Assembly (NCBI GenBank): GCA_030390025.1
Contig: CM059431.1
Coordinates: 108,812,001 to 108,876,000, forward strand
Origin: Squalus acanthias
Taxonomy: Eukaryota
Direction: 5' to 3'
Length of the DNA: 64,000 nucleotides
A program made the position numbers and the translations under genes. The notes beneath the pieces were generated by a model. It was given only the letters and a program-made list of their open reading frames with translations. It was not told where the DNA came from and searched no databases. Below, one piece after another: positions 63,535 through 64,000 of this stretch (position 1 is its first letter; every line of letters begins with the position of its first letter).

Positions 63535-63817
63535 TGAGCCTTTGGCACAGTGGTAGCATTCCCGCCTCTGGGCCATGAAGGTGCAGGGTTCGAACCCCAC
63601 TCCAGACAGTCAATAAGTCCTGGCAAGTGGAGTCGGAGCTCCAGCTCTGAATTCTGGGTTGACATCCAGTGGGAAACTCGTGTCCGGTGGGTGTGGGTCA
63701 TTCCTCCCCTGGCCCCCTCATCGTATGGGTTGTGGGAGCCCCTAAAACCCTCCCACTCTTACCAGCTGGCATAAAGATGGTTGCAGCCATGGAAAGAGCA
63801 TTGACGTCACGGCCTGT
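63535..63817 (+). mobile_element. Unassigned tRNA-derived SINE
   Basis: A box TGGCACAGTGG (63543-63553), B box GGTTCGAACCC (63587-63597); homologous to 12545-13270. Confidence 0.78.
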
Positions 63818-64000
63818 CCCACTGTTAATCAGCCTGCAAATCCTCCCACTACTTCACACTGTTCCCCAAGGGAAGAGCACAAAGATACAAAATGATTATA
63901 AAGTCCCCTCCTCCTCTCCCCACCCAGAAATGCTCCCTCTGCCAAATTGGCAGCCGGCAACTTCCAAGTGTCTGGGACACTCACCCAAAGCAAGAGGTAA

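Noticed and set aside
1..64000. CRISPR array, rRNA or prokaryotic operon
   Set aside because: No regularly spaced repeats, rRNA-like sequence or gene-dense organisation; the content is vertebrate repeat DNA.

Overview
Vertebrate, repeat-dense, apparently intergenic or deep-intronic DNA. The repeat repertoire (HE1-type V-SINE, SacSINE1-type Deu-SINEs, many CR1 and L2 fragments, RTE, Penelope-like pieces) points to a cartilaginous fish such as a shark; this is inferred from recalled family signatures, not from a search. No host protein-coding exon could be supported, and nearly all ORFs in the track are transposon-derived or spurious. The dominant signal is a multi-family PIF/Harbinger DNA-transposon system. 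Two TIR-bounded, pseudogenised two-gene elements (21321-24930, 38561-40879) carry a HARBI1-like DDE transposase convergent with a spliced Myb/SANT-like accessory gene. There are also several internally deleted derivatives and more than 10 MITEs, many with 3-bp TSDs. Four minimal hammerhead-ribozyme motifs sit in Penelope-like fragments. Other notable items: an unassigned tailless tRNA-derived SINE, two short dispersed near-perfect duplications beside SINEs, perfect hairpins and multi-level nested insertions. Repeat boundaries are approximate unless a TIR or TSD is quoted.
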